DNA of 63,931 bases, filler included, from Limisphaerales bacterium (GTDB lineage: Bacteria; Verrucomicrobiota; Verrucomicrobiia; Limisphaerales; SIBE01): assembly GCA_044225505.1 (NCBI GenBank). It is 4 parts of 4 records of this genome, joined end to end, with 100 filler letters (N's around TTAATTAATTAA, not from the genome) between each part and the next. Parts side by side here need not be neighbours in the genome. Positions count along the whole stretch, not along the records: positions 1 to 29,194 come from JBGAIN010000101.1; 3 more parts are not named here. One strand, written 5' to 3'. Both the position numbers and the translations under genes were made by a program. The notes beneath the pieces were generated by a model. It saw only the letters and a list, made by a program, of their open reading frames with translations, was not told the DNA's origin and made no database searches. This document shows, in pieces, positions 10,860 to 21,178 of the stretch. The first letter of the stretch is position 1; every line of letters starts with the position of its first letter.

Positions 10860-11439
10860 TCCTAAAGATCCGCTATTGTTAGCTCACGAGGTGGATGGAA
10901 TCCGAGAGTTGGACAACCTTCTGCCACGCTGGTGGGTGTGGTTATTCTACTTAACCACTGTCTTTGCTATCATCTACATGATTTACTATCATGTGATGCG
11001 AGTGGGTGATCTTCAAGCAGCTCAGTACGACAAGGAATCCAGACAGGGCGACCAACTTAAGGCCGCCGCGCTGGCGAAGTTCGAATCGTCCTTGGGAGCG
11101 TTGGAACCTGTCAAGGATGAGGTCGTGCTAGGTAAAGGGCGTCAAACATTCAGCACTTTGTGTGCTCCTTGTCATCGGGCAGATGCTGGTGGATTAGTCG
11201 GACCGAATCTAACCGATGACTACTGGATTCATGGATCTAATTTTGTCGACAATCTTAAAGTGATCATCAACGGCGTCCCTGAAAAGGGAATGCTTACCTG
11301 GAAGACGATGCTGAAGCCAAGCGAGATTCATGCTGTAGCGAGTTATATTTACACCTTACGAGGCACCCACCCACCTAATCCTAAACTGCCGGAGAATCAA
11401 CAGCCTCAAGGACCGCAAAAACCATCGGAGTTTGAGTAA
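10852..11439 (+). CDS. ccoP: cbb3 oxidase subunit III, monoheme
   Basis: HEVDGIRELDNLLPRWW N-terminal motif, single CAPCH, GPNLTD.YWIHG. Confidence 0.92.
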   Translation: MNDPKDPLLLAHEVDGIRELDNLLPRWWVWLFYLTTVFAIIYMIYYHVMRVGDLQAAQYDKESRQGDQLKAAALAKFESSLGALEPVKDEVVLGKGRQTFSTLCAPCHRADAGGLVGPNLTDDYWIHGSNFVDNLKVIINGVPEKGMLTWKTMLKPSEIHAVASYIYTLRGTHPPNPKLPENQQPQGPQKPSEFE

Positions 11440-11483
11440 CCGTCGCGGAGCGGTCAACTGTTGCGACATTTCTGCGCAGAAAA

Positions 11484-12950
11484 ATGAGCCGACCAGAACC
11501 ATTTTGCGATCCTCCGCCATCCGGTCAGCCGGCTGTTCCGGAAGTCATTTACGCCGATTTTCGAGACCGCTTGGCCACGGCGGACCGTTCAGGGCGCCGA
11601 CGTTGGCTTTTCCCAAAGCAGCCGAGCGGACAATATTATCAGTGGCGAACTTGGGTTAGCTATCTGTTGCTGACCATTATGTTTGTGGGACCGTTCGTTC
11701 GGATTAACGGGAACCCGCTGTTACTGTTCAATATTGTCGAGCGGCGCTTTTCTATTCTTGGGCAGATATTTTGGCCTCAAGATGGGATTATCTTCGCCTT
11801 GGCCACGTTATTGTTTCTTACTGGGATTTTCATATTTACGGCGGCGTTTGGTCGTCTCTGGTGTGGTTGGACATGTCCACAGACGCTTCTCATGGAACTG
11901 GTGTTTCGGAAGCTCGAGTATTGGATTGAAGGGGATGCTGCCGCGCAGCGGGCTTTGAGCAAGGCGCCCTGGAGTCGCTCCAAAATTCTTAAACGACTAA
12001 CGAAACACGCCGTTTTCTTCGGCCTATCGTTCGTAATCGGGAATACACTGCTGAGTTACATTATTGGGAGCGAGCAATTAATACGAATCAGTACGGATAA
12101 TCCCACTAAACATCTCACTGGCTTGGGATTTATGGTTTTGTTCACGTTCATTTTCTACGCGATCTTTGCGCGATTTCGGGAGCAGGCGTGCACTTTCATT
12201 TGCCCTTACGGTCGGCTGCAGTCGACGGTCGTAGATGAGAATACCATGGTCGTTGCGTATGATTATCGTCGTGGAGAAAAACGTTCGCATTTACATCGCG
12301 GGCAAAAGGCAGAACACCGCGTCAGTGAGGGTTATGGGGATTGCATCGATTGTCTCCAATGTGTGAGGGTCTGTCCCACCGGAATCGATATTCGGAACGG
12401 CACACAAATGGAGTGCGTCCACTGCACGGCTTGCATTGATGCGTGCGATAACGTAATGGAAAGGATTGGTCGTCCGCGTGGTTTGGTTCGGTATGCTTCT
12501 TTGAACAGCATCGAGCGGGGCCAACCATTTCGAGTGACAGCGCGGATGATTAGCTATACTGGGATCTTGCTTGTCCTCGCAACTATACTTGCTTTCCTGG
12601 TGTTTGCTAGGTCGGATGTGGAAACCAGTTTTCTCCGTGCCCCTGGTGCGCTCTTCCAGACAACGCCTGCGGGAGATATCAGCAATCTTTATCTTCTCAA
12701 GCTAGTGAACAAAAGCTCCAAAGAAGTGCCTGTCCACCTGAAACTTGAGAATTTGCCGGGTAGACTTCTCGTCATGGGGGGAAGTAACGAGCTTGTCGTC
12801 GCCAAACAAGAATTGGCCCAAACGTCCGTTCTCATAGAGCTAGCGCCTGGAATTCTGCAGCCTGGAACAACGCCATTGAAGATTGGTGTGTATTCTGGCG
12901 ACCATCTCCTGCAGATGATTAATACCGTTTTCGTCGGTCCACGAGAGTAA
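11484..12950 (+). CDS. ccoG: cytochrome c oxidase accessory protein (4Fe-4S)
   Basis: GRLWCGWTCPQT, CTFICPYGRLQ, CIDCLQCVRVCPTGIDIR, CVHCTACIDAC. Confidence 0.95.
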   Translation: MSRPEPFCDPPPSGQPAVPEVIYADFRDRLATADRSGRRRWLFPKQPSGQYYQWRTWVSYLLLTIMFVGPFVRINGNPLLLFNIVERRFSILGQIFWPQDGIIFALATLLFLTGIFIFTAAFGRLWCGWTCPQTLLMELVFRKLEYWIEGDAAAQRALSKAPWSRSKILKRLTKHAVFFGLSFVIGNTLLSYIIGSEQLIRISTDNPTKHLTGLGFMVLFTFIFYAIFARFREQACTFICPYGRLQSTVVDENTMVVAYDYRRGEKRSHLHRGQKAEHRVSEGYGDCIDCLQCVRVCPTGIDIRNGTQMECVHCTACIDACDNVMERIGRPRGLVRYASLNSIERGQPFRVTARMISYTGILLVLATILAFLVFARSDVETSFLRAPGALFQTTPAGDISNLYLLKLVNKSSKEVPVHLKLENLPGRLLVMGGSNELVVAKQELAQTSVLIELAPGILQPGTTPLKIGVYSGDHLLQMINTVFVGPRE

Positions 12951-12968
12951 CTTACTAAGCAGACCTCT

Positions 12969-13442
12969 ATGAAAGCAGTTAAGAGAATTGCGAATCCGTG
13001 GCCGGTTGCAATCATTGTATTATTCGTGGTCTTTTTCTCGGGATTGGTCTCGTTCATTGTCTTTGCCTCACGTCAGCGCGTGGATTTAGTGCGCCCGGAT
13101 TACTATGAACAGGAAATCCGTTACCAGCAGCAGTTAGATCGTGTGGAACGGACGCAAGCAATCAAAGGGACCACTGGTATTGATTACAATCGTCAACAGC
13201 AGCTAATTGCCGTGCGTTTACCGGTGAAGCATGCTGGCCTGAGTTCGGGAGGTATCCACCTTTATCGTCCGTCCGATGAGCGGCTGGATCAGAGGTTGCC
13301 GCTTTTGCTTGATGCGGAGGGGGGGCAGAAGATCGACGCGAAGAATCTCCTTCCTGGACTATGGAAAGTGCGCGTGCAGTGGAGTTGTGCTGGGGAAGAG
13401 TACTACATCGACAAGGCAATTGTGATTCCAGCTCGTTCTTAA
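12969..13442 (+). CDS. ccoH: FixH family protein
   Basis: N-terminal TM helix, DLVRPDYYEQEIRYQ, LYRPSD motif, position after ccoG. Confidence 0.85.
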   Translation: MKAVKRIANPWPVAIIVLFVVFFSGLVSFIVFASRQRVDLVRPDYYEQEIRYQQQLDRVERTQAIKGTTGIDYNRQQQLIAVRLPVKHAGLSSGGIHLYRPSDERLDQRLPLLLDAEGGQKIDAKNLLPGLWKVRVQWSCAGEEYYIDKAIVIPARS

Positions 13443-13452
13443 CAGGCTCGTT

Positions 13453-14133
13453 ATGGACCTTGGCGCCGCGTTCATTCTCGGACTTTTGGGTAGTCTACAC
13501 TGCGCTGGGATGTGCGGGCCGCTCGCGCTTGCACTTCCGATTTCGGGGAACAGTCGCTTTTCCTTCCGGGTGGGCCGAGTCGGCTATAATCTCGGAAGGA
13601 TCAGCGCTTATGCGTGCCTTGGGATGGTGTTCGGCTTGGCTGGAAAGACCGCTGCATTGGCGGGATTGCAGCGCTGGACGTCGTTGGTTGCAGGAACGGT
13701 TGTCTTGCTGGGGCTGATTCCCGCGACTCGATCTGCGCTCCGGTTACCCGCGCTTGGTGGCGTTGGCATTTTGAAGAGTGGATTTACTTCATTATTGGCG
13801 AAAAGGAGTTGGAGTTCGCTCTACCTGCTTGGCCTACTGAATGGTTTCTTGCCTTGTGGCTTAGCCTATGCAGCCTCTGCTGGTGCTTTAGCAGCCGGAA
13901 GCATTATTTCGGGCGTCACGGACATGCTAGCGTTTGGACTCGGAACCTTTCCAATGATGTTGGCGATTGGGCTTTTAGGACGAAATGTTCAAGTAGCGGT
14001 TCGATCTCGTTTCCAGACGCTGATCCCAATCTCGATTGCTGTAATGGGCATGTTGCTCATTGTTCGTGGATTGGGATTAGGGATTCCCTATCTGAGTCCG
14101 GATCTCGTCACTGGCAAGCATTCATGCCACTAA
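13453..14133 (+). CDS. DsbD_2 / TauE-SafE-like membrane protein of cco clusters
   Basis: GSLHCAGMCGP and GLLNGFLPCGL motifs, multiple TM helices. Confidence 0.88.
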   Translation: MDLGAAFILGLLGSLHCAGMCGPLALALPISGNSRFSFRVGRVGYNLGRISAYACLGMVFGLAGKTAALAGLQRWTSLVAGTVVLLGLIPATRSALRLPALGGVGILKSGFTSLLAKRSWSSLYLLGLLNGFLPCGLAYAASAGALAAGSIISGVTDMLAFGLGTFPMMLAIGLLGRNVQVAVRSRFQTLIPISIAVMGMLLIVRGLGLGIPYLSPDLVTGKHSCH

Positions 14134-14264
14134 AGCCGCCGGTGAATTTTGCGCAGCGCGGGTTCGGTCGTTTGCGCGGAACGACGTTCCTGGATGAAAG
14201 TGAGGACGAAGAATTTCGGTCGGGTTGCCTTCGGGAGAGAAGTCCGAAAGGATCGATCCATCTC

Positions 14265-16535
14265 TCAAATTGCGACTTGGTCGAATGTGTCCCTGGCTTT
14301 TTTCGCTAATTCGCGTTCCTCCTTTATCCGTGCCGCACACCTATCCAGAGCTTCCTCAAGTTCGGATCCCCGCAGCGGTTTGGTGATATAGTCGTCCATT
14401 CCCGCGTTCAGGCAGCGTTCGCGATCCTCTTTCATGACGTGTGCGGTCAGGGCAATAATTTGAATGCGGCCTGCACCGCCGGCGGCGCTGGTCGTGCGCT
14501 CGCGCTGGCGAATCATTCGAGATGTCTCATAGCCATCGAGTTCTGGCATTTGGCAGTCCATCAGGATGACGTCGAACGGTTTGCAGTCTAACGCGGCGAG
14601 AACCCCAAGACCGTTTCCAGCCACCTCAGCTGTATAGCCGAGTCGGCGCAACTGTCCCAAGGCGACCTTTTGGTTCACGATGGAGTCATCTGCCAGCAGC
14701 AGGCGGAGCGGCGATTTGCGGGGGGGCCGGCTTTGCTGAATAGGAGCAAGGGCAGATTCGTCACGAATTTCTGTCGGTTTTCCGACGGTTTGGAGAATGT
14801 GGAGCAATCGTGCAGGTTTGACTGGTTTCATCAGGGCCGCGGCGGCTCCCGCCTGTCGAGACTCGGCTCCGGTGGCTCGATTACTGACGAAAGATGTTAA
14901 CAACACGAGTTGGGTTCCGGATAACTCCGGATCTGCTTTGATTGTTCGAATTAATTCCAGTCCGCTCGTGCTGGGCATCTGAGCGTCGATGAACGCGATT
15001 TGAAAAGGCATGGAGGTCTTTCGAGCGGCGCGCAATTGCTCTAGAGCGTTTTGCCCGTCCGGAGAGGCATCGGCGATAATTCCCCAAGCCCGCATTTGTT
15101 GTTGGAGGATCTCTCGAGTGCTCTCGCTGTCATCGACGATCAGGGCGCGAAGGCCGTTCATTTTAGGGAGACTGACAGCCGGCGCGTCCGTGCCCGACGA
15201 GGTCTGTTTCGCCAGTTTCACGGTGAACCAGAATGTTGAGCCATGTCCGAGTTCGCTGGTCACGCCGATTTGGCCCTGCATCATCTCGGTCAAGAGTTTG
15301 CTAATGGCGAGTCCCAGTCCTGTGCCTCCGAAGCGCCGTGATGTGGAACTGTCCGCTTGATTGAACGGTTGGAAGAGTTGAGAGACAATTTCTGGCTTTA
15401 ATCCGATCCCAGTGTCTGTGACCTCAAGTCTAAGTGTGACTTCGTCGGGGGTCTCCACGGTGGGTGCGACGTGGACCATGACTTCGCCATGCTCGGTGAA
15501 CTTGATCGCGTTTCCAACGAGATTGCTCAAGATCTGGCGTAGTCGAGTCGGATCGCCGCGGACGATGGCGGGCGTGCTACTGGCGAAGTGGCAACCAAGT
15601 TCCAGGTTCTTCTCGTGGGCTTTTGTGGCGAATAGTTCCAGGACAGCGTCGACGGCATCTCGAACATCGAAATCGATGCATTCAAAGGCCATCTTCCCGG
15701 CTTCCATCTTCGAAAAGTCGAGGATGTCGTTGACGATAGTCAGGAGACTCTCGGCGCTGCAACGAATTGTTTCTGCGAAGTCCCGTTGTTGGAAATTGAG
15801 AGGCGTGTCGAGAAGCAAGCTCGTCATACCGATGACTCCATTCATTGGAGTTCGAATTTCGTGGCTCATATTGGCTAGAAATTCGCTTTTCGCCTTGCTA
15901 CCAGCGACAGCTGCCGACGCTAAGGCATTGGCGCGTTGGGATTCTTCCTTTAATCGATGAATCGCGTCTCGCAGTTCAGAGGTTTGAGCGTTGACAATGC
16001 GTTCGAGATCGAGGAGTCGAACCTGAGCTTGCTGAGCTAATGCCCATTTCTCCGTGAGCGCGTGGGCCAGTTGCAGTACTTCGATGTTATCGAATGGCTT
16101 TTTTAGAATGACGAGGCTGTCGGACTTACCGATTTGCTGCATCATTTGTTCCCAAGAGTAATCCGAATAGGCCGTGCAAATGACGACCTGCAACTGGGGA
16201 TGCATGCGCCAAATCCGAGTGACCGTTTCGACACCATCCCAACCGGGAGGCATCCGGATGTCCACGAATGCCATGGCGTACGGGCGATCTGCTTCCAGTG
16301 CCTTTTGCACCATTTCTAGGCCTTCCTGGCCCTGGAACGCGGAATCGAGCTCAAAATTGCTCTGGGTGGTTGGCGCTGGTGTTTCATCGAACAGAGCGGC
16401 TTTCGCATCGATCAGGGAGTTATCGAGATTCTCGTCAGCACAAAGGATCTTTCGAATGTCGTCGTGAATCGCGGGATTGTCGTCGATCACAAGGATTCGC
16501 CGATTTCGAATCGGAGTGTAAAGAGAGGTGCTCAT
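14265..16535 (-). CDS. hybrid histidine kinase REC-HisKA-HATPase-REC-REC
   Basis: [16 protein letters not shown]-box, [22 protein letters not shown] and three receiver domains; no TM helices. Confidence 0.93.
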   Translation of the reverse strand: MSTSLYTPIRNRRILVIDDNPAIHDDIRKILCADENLDNSLIDAKAALFDETPAPTTQSNFELDSAFQGQEGLEMVQKALEADRPYAMAFVDIRMPPGWDGVETVTRIWRMHPQLQVVICTAYSDYSWEQMMQQIGKSDSLVILKKPFDNIEVLQLAHALTEKWALAQQAQVRLLDLERIVNAQTSELRDAIHRLKEESQRANALASAAVAGSKAKSEFLANMSHEIRTPMNGVIGMTSLLLDTPLNFQQRDFAETIRCSAESLLTIVNDILDFSKMEAGKMAFECIDFDVRDAVDAVLELFATKAHEKNLELGCHFASSTPAIVRGDPTRLRQILSNLVGNAIKFTEHGEVMVHVAPTVETPDEVTLRLEVTDTGIGLKPEIVSQLFQPFNQADSSTSRRFGGTGLGLAISKLLTEMMQGQIGVTSELGHGSTFWFTVKLAKQTSSGTDAPAVSLPKMNGLRALIVDDSESTREILQQQMRAWGIIADASPDGQNALEQLRAARKTSMPFQIAFIDAQMPSTSGLELIRTIKADPELSGTQLVLLTSFVSNRATGAESRQAGAAAALMKPVKPARLLHILQTVGKPTEIRDESALAPIQQSRPPRKSPLRLLLADDSIVNQKVALGQLRRLGYTAEVAGNGLGVLAALDCKPFDVILMDCQMPELDGYETSRMIRQRERTTSAAGGAGRIQIIALTAHVMKEDRERCLNAGMDDYITKPLRGSELEEALDRCAARIKEERELAKKARDTFDQVAI

Positions 16536-18502
16536 GATGCAGGGGGAAGAGGTAACTCCAGGATGAACGTGGCTCCCATACCTGGTCCGGGGCTTTCTGC
16601 TTTCAGCGAGCCTCCCATCTCTTTCGCGGCGTTGGCGCCGCTGTGGAGACCGAAGCCATGTCCGTTCTTTCGAGTTGTGAATCCGTGAGAAAAAATGCGA
16701 GTCAGATTTTCGGGTTGAATGCCAACACCATTGTCGGCGACCTGCACGCGGACGTGATCGCCGCCGTTGAGGCCGATACTGACGGTCAAGCGTTTGTCAC
16801 TCTGACCAGAATCATCCAATGCGTATTTGGCGTTGTGAACGAGATTGACCAAGATTTGCAGGACCTTGTGTTTATCTACCAGCACGCGCGGAACGGCGCT
16901 GTATTGGCGGACCACACGCACTCCGTGACGAACGAATCCGGAAACGCTGGCGTAACTCTGCTGAACGGCAACAATTTCTTTAATGTGTTCGATGTTTTTT
17001 GCGACATGCTCGTGCTCTTCCTGCAAGGTCGTACGTTCCTTTTCCAATTGCAGAGCCAGCTTTTGCAGGAAACCTGGGATTAGCTTGCCTTTTGAATGGG
17101 TATGCAAGAATGGTCCCCATTCGGTCGAATGCTGTTGGAGTAAGTTGCTGACCCTGGCAAGGGTGGGGATTTCCGACTTGGTCAGGCTGTCTCGAATGAT
17201 CGTGCTGGAAACATTAACGCTATTCAAAACATTCCCAACGTTATGCAGGACGCCTGTGGCGACCTCGGCCATTCCAGCTTTGCGCGAGGTCGTTACCAGC
17301 TCGCGATGGAGATGGTCGACTTCCTCTTCGGCCTGTTTGCGCGCGGTGATGTCTGTGTGCGAGCCTGCAAACCGGACGGGGCGGTCCGAACTGTCGCGCA
17401 GCACTGCGCCTCGAGAAAGAACCCAGCGAAATGATCCGTCTTTGTGTTGAAAACGGAATTCCAGTTCGGCGGAATGGCTGCGACCGGATAGGCATTCGTC
17501 GACGCGTTGAAGGACTCGCTCTCGGTCTTCAGGATGCAAGCGGGCTTCCCATGTCTCATAAGTGTTTGCCAGTTCGTCATCGGCAAAACCGATCATCCCC
17601 TTCCAACGAGGCGAGTAATAGTATTTGTGCTGGATCAGGTCCCAATCCCACAATCCGTCTGAAGATCCAAGCACAGCGACTTCGTAACGTTGCCGACTTT
17701 CTTCTAGAGCTTCTTGAATCTTCTTTCGACCTTCGATCTCCGCTTCAAGATGGGAGTTGGCTTGACGGAGAGCGGCTGCGTGGGACTCGATTTTTTCGAG
17801 CATTTCGTTAAAGGCGTCGGTAAGACGTCCCACTTCATCGTGGCTGGTACGCTGCGCACGCAGGCGATAGTCTTTGCGCTCGGCAACGTCCTGTGCCACC
17901 TGAGCCAGGTCAACGATTGGCTGTGCAATGGCTCGCTCAAGCCGACGTGCGAGAACCAACGCAAGGACGACGGAGCCAAAAAGCACAATGCCCAAGATGA
18001 ACACATAAACCCGCACCACTCGGCGGTATTCCAGCTCATAGTTCGAAACAAGACGCAGCGTGCCAAGCCGTTCATTGGCGAGGGCTATCGGCTGGTTCAG
18101 AATCAAGTGGGAAGAGACAAAGTGAAAACCGTCCGCGTTCGGAAAGTCCGTTTTGACGGTGCTATCGTGTCGTCGATAGGAAGCAAAGCTGGATTGTTCT
18201 GGAAGGTCGATAGACGCCTCCAGAATATGAGCTTTCGCGCGGACTGCTCCTAATATCTCATTGGCCGCGTTCCGATCACGAAAGGATAGCGCAGCGGTGC
18301 TGTTGTTCGCGATTATCGTAGCGGTGGTTTCCAGATCGCGTGTGAAGGCCTGGCGAAACGTGACCATCTGCGCGACCAAAATGGCCGCAGCGGAGCACAA
18401 AAGCGTGATGCCGCAAGTCAGTAAGATGGCCGCACAAATCTTGCGTTCGATGGGAAGGTTCTTGAAATGTTCTTTGAGATTCGCCATACGCCCTGACTTC
18501 AT
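16532..18502 (-). CDS. membrane sensor histidine kinase (periplasmic sensor-HAMP-PAS-HisKA-HATPase)
   Basis: Two TM helices, HAMP ([13 protein letters not shown]), PAS (GLWDWD..HPED..DIT), [12 protein letters not shown]-box, DNGVG, GHGFGLH; ATGA overlaps on both sides. Confidence 0.9.
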   Translation of the reverse strand: MKSGRMANLKEHFKNLPIERKICAAILLTCGITLLCSAAAILVAQMVTFRQAFTRDLETTATIIANNSTAALSFRDRNAANEILGAVRAKAHILEASIDLPEQSSFASYRRHDSTVKTDFPNADGFHFVSSHLILNQPIALANERLGTLRLVSNYELEYRRVVRVYVFILGIVLFGSVVLALVLARRLERAIAQPIVDLAQVAQDVAERKDYRLRAQRTSHDEVGRLTDAFNEMLEKIESHAAALRQANSHLEAEIEGRKKIQEALEESRQRYEVAVLGSSDGLWDWDLIQHKYYYSPRWKGMIGFADDELANTYETWEARLHPEDRERVLQRVDECLSGRSHSAELEFRFQHKDGSFRWVLSRGAVLRDSSDRPVRFAGSHTDITARKQAEEEVDHLHRELVTTSRKAGMAEVATGVLHNVGNVLNSVNVSSTIIRDSLTKSEIPTLARVSNLLQQHSTEWGPFLHTHSKGKLIPGFLQKLALQLEKERTTLQEEHEHVAKNIEHIKEIVAVQQSYASVSGFVRHGVRVVRQYSAVPRVLVDKHKVLQILVNLVHNAKYALDDSGQSDKRLTVSIGLNGGDHVRVQVADNGVGIQPENLTRIFSHGFTTRKNGHGFGLHSGANAAKEMGGSLKAESPGPGMGATFILELPLPPAS

Positions 18503-19074
18503 CTCCGTCCGTAAACCTTCGCCACGTTCAGGAGCTTGGAACTTATTATCAGCCCCGCCCGAGCGGCCGCATCGGGATTGACGGCGAATTTTACCTGATC
18601 CGATTCGGTAAGAAAGTTGATCATTCCGCCGCGCTCGAGAAACTGCTCAATCTCGCTGATCAGCAACACGCTCTGGCCTCCGAGATTGCGCAGGAGCTCT
18701 GCCACACGGTATGATTCTGATCGGCAGATAAACAGCAATTGGCACGGACCTGGAGCTTCCCCTGACTTCCACCGTGACACGATCAGTGGATGACCTTTGA
18801 TCTGCTTTTCCCGGACAATACGGTCCATGGTTTCACCGAACGGATCCTCTCCAAGCACGCCGACGACAAGCGGGCTATGGTCGTCTGTGAAGGCGGCAGC
18901 TGGCCATTCGACAAACTTGGCGAAGTTCAGAAGAAACGCTGCTTTGAGATCGTATTCGAGCGCGGACCGGGCGGAACGGGTGGTGGTGGACTGCCCATGG
19001 ACCGCCAGGCCGGCGACGGCCATTGAGACCGCAAGTATTCCCCATAACCCGATCGCATGACGCTTGGAGACCAT
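18499..19074 (-). CDS. yfiR: YfiR (DUF4154) family periplasmic protein
   Basis: Signal peptide, EYDLKAAFLLNFAKFVEWP, GGMINF, ISSKLLNVA. Confidence 0.9.
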   Translation of the reverse strand: MVSKRHAIGLWGILAVSMAVAGLAVHGQSTTTRSARSALEYDLKAAFLLNFAKFVEWPAAAFTDDHSPLVVGVLGEDPFGETMDRIVREKQIKGHPLIVSRWKSGEAPGPCQLLFICRSESYRVAELLRNLGGQSVLLISEIEQFLERGGMINFLTESDQVKFAVNPDAAARAGLIISSKLLNVAKVYGRR

Positions 19075-19076
19075 CG

Positions 19077-21167
19077 TTAAAAACGCCAAGCAAGTTTGAC
19101 GCGAAAGGCGCGCCCATCCTGAGCGATCGTTTCCTGCAAAAAGTCGGCACCAACAGGGTCGCGGTAGTGCTGGTCAAAAAGGTTGTAAACGCTGGCGGAG
19201 AGTTCCAGACCGGGAAGGAGTTCTCGGCTAAAGAGAGTGGCATTGGCGAGCCAAAAGGCAGGAGTGGAGTTGTGATGCACCGTCCAGCGCGGTCCTGTTC
19301 CCATGAGCTGGAAGGTGCCGAAGATCCGATCGTGCCAAATCGGTGCGGTGAGACTGAGTTTGGCCAGGTGCTCTGGAGAATTGCTCAAACGCTGATCTGT
19401 TTCCGAGTCTCGGGTCTGGACGAAGGTATACCCGACTTGCCCCCTCCAGCCGTGCTCCGAAACCGCGGATAGTTCGAGTTCTGCTCCTTGCGCTGTCGCC
19501 CCTGAGACGTTGTCGAAACTCCAAGTGCTAGTCGATAGATCTTCACTAAAGGCGATCAGGTCTCTGACGTCGTTGTAGAAGAGCGAAGCCGACATGCGCA
19601 AAATGCGGGTCAGTCCTTGTTCTAAGACCAGTTCGTATGAGCGAATGGATTCGGGCTGAAGATCATGGTTGGCCAGATAGCCTGGGGCTTCGTAGTAGAG
19701 CTCGTATGCGTTTGGCGCGCGGAAAGCCTGACCGTAAATAAGTTTGAAAGTCGTGTTTGCCCACGGGCTGTAAATAGTGGCTAGCCGGGGATTAATAGTA
19801 TCACCGAAACTCGAGAAATAGTCGTAGCGGAGTCCGCCGTTGAGGATGAGGTTTGGCAGCACCGAGAACTCGTCTTGAAGGTAAACCCCGACCGTATCGG
19901 CCGCCTGCTTTGTGCTCACCCAGACTGTTGTGGGATCCAGATCAAAGTTGCGTTGTTCCAACGAGAAATCGTGGCGATATTCCGTTCCCGCGGTCAGCCG
20001 ATGCTCGTCAAAAAGAGTCTTGCTGATACGAGCTTCTAAGCCCGCCGACTCAGACTGGGCGTGGTCGTGATTGAGGATGCTTTGTCCCGGGTATGCAGGA
20101 TCCCCGTAGGCCAGTTCCGGTTCAGGGGTAGATCCCTCGAATTGGTAATGGTCGAAGCTGCCGGCCACCGTCAAATCCCAATCATCGTCAAAGGTGTGAT
20201 GGTACTTGAGTTCGGTGAACGCGCGCTCGTCCAGAATCTCTGAACGGGCGTCGTTAAAAACCGCACCGTATGGTGCACTCGGAATGGTTCGGTCACGCCG
20301 CACATAACCGCCAGCCAATGAGAAATCACGGTAAGAGATCGACACAAACCCATTCCCGAATTGGGAGTGATCTATCTTCTCGGCGTAACCTCCATTCACA
20401 GCATGGAACTCAGGAAAGAAGAGGGAGTCGTGCCCCTCGGTATTGCCGAAAGTCCCGGAGAGAACTAAGTCCAGGCCGTTGGTAAAGTGATTTCCAAAGG
20501 TGACGCGCGCTGTTTCGGTATCAAAGCTCGAGTAAGAGCCGGCCAACTGCGTTCCCCCCAGATCGCGCCCCTGCTTGGTGACAATGTTGATGACGCCGAA
20601 GAAAGCATTGTTGCCGTAGAGCGAGGAGCCCGGGCCACGGATCACTTCGACCCTCTCGATCAGATCCACGTCCAGAATCGCATCCCAGCCAACGGCAGAA
20701 GAGTCAAAAATCGGATCGTTCATGCGATGCCCATTGACCGTGATTAACGTGCGTCCTCCGTAGTCGCCTAGTGGACCGAATCCACGCACGCCGAGATAAT
20801 TGTAAGCGCGATCACTGGTGGTATAGAATCCGCGCACCGAGTTGAGCACTTCTGCGAGGGTTCGCACGCCGGACTTTTTGATCTCGTCGGCGGTGACCAA
20901 GGTGACCGACGCTGGTGCTTCGGTCAGTTTTTGTTCGTGCTTCGAGGCCCCGTAGACCGAGGCGATTTTCATCGAGCTTAGTTCTTCCAAGCTCATGGCG
21001 GCGAGGTCGTTTTCGCTAGCGAGTGATGCGGCTTGAACCGTCAGCAGAGTTGTGCGGGCCGAGAGGAGATATACGGCGATCAATGCGGACCAAGCGCTGC
21101 CTGATAGTACACACGTGGCCACCGTTCCGCACAGGCTTTTACGACAGGTGGTCCTTCCTAGACCCAT
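19077..21167 (-). CDS. TonB-dependent outer-membrane receptor
   Basis: MSLEEL...ASKHEQKLTEAPASVT plug start, IERVEVIRGPGSSLYG, beta-barrel pattern, terminal Phe. Confidence 0.93.
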   Translation of the reverse strand: MGLGRTTCRKSLCGTVATCVLSGSAWSALIAVYLLSARTTLLTVQAASLASENDLAAMSLEELSSMKIASVYGASKHEQKLTEAPASVTLVTADEIKKSGVRTLAEVLNSVRGFYTTSDRAYNYLGVRGFGPLGDYGGRTLITVNGHRMNDPIFDSSAVGWDAILDVDLIERVEVIRGPGSSLYGNNAFFGVINIVTKQGRDLGGTQLAGSYSSFDTETARVTFGNHFTNGLDLVLSGTFGNTEGHDSLFFPEFHAVNGGYAEKIDHSQFGNGFVSISYRDFSLAGGYVRRDRTIPSAPYGAVFNDARSEILDERAFTELKYHHTFDDDWDLTVAGSFDHYQFEGSTPEPELAYGDPAYPGQSILNHDHAQSESAGLEARISKTLFDEHRLTAGTEYRHDFSLEQRNFDLDPTTVWVSTKQAADTVGVYLQDEFSVLPNLILNGGLRYDYFSSFGDTINPRLATIYSPWANTTFKLIYGQAFRAPNAYELYYEAPGYLANHDLQPESIRSYELVLEQGLTRILRMSASLFYNDVRDLIAFSEDLSTSTWSFDNVSGATAQGAELELSAVSEHGWRGQVGYTFVQTRDSETDQRLSNSPEHLAKLSLTAPIWHDRIFGTFQLMGTGPRWTVHHNSTPAFWLANATLFSRELLPGLELSASVYNLFDQHYRDPVGADFLQETIAQDGRAFRVKLAWRF

Positions 21168-21178
21168 GGTTTATTCTC

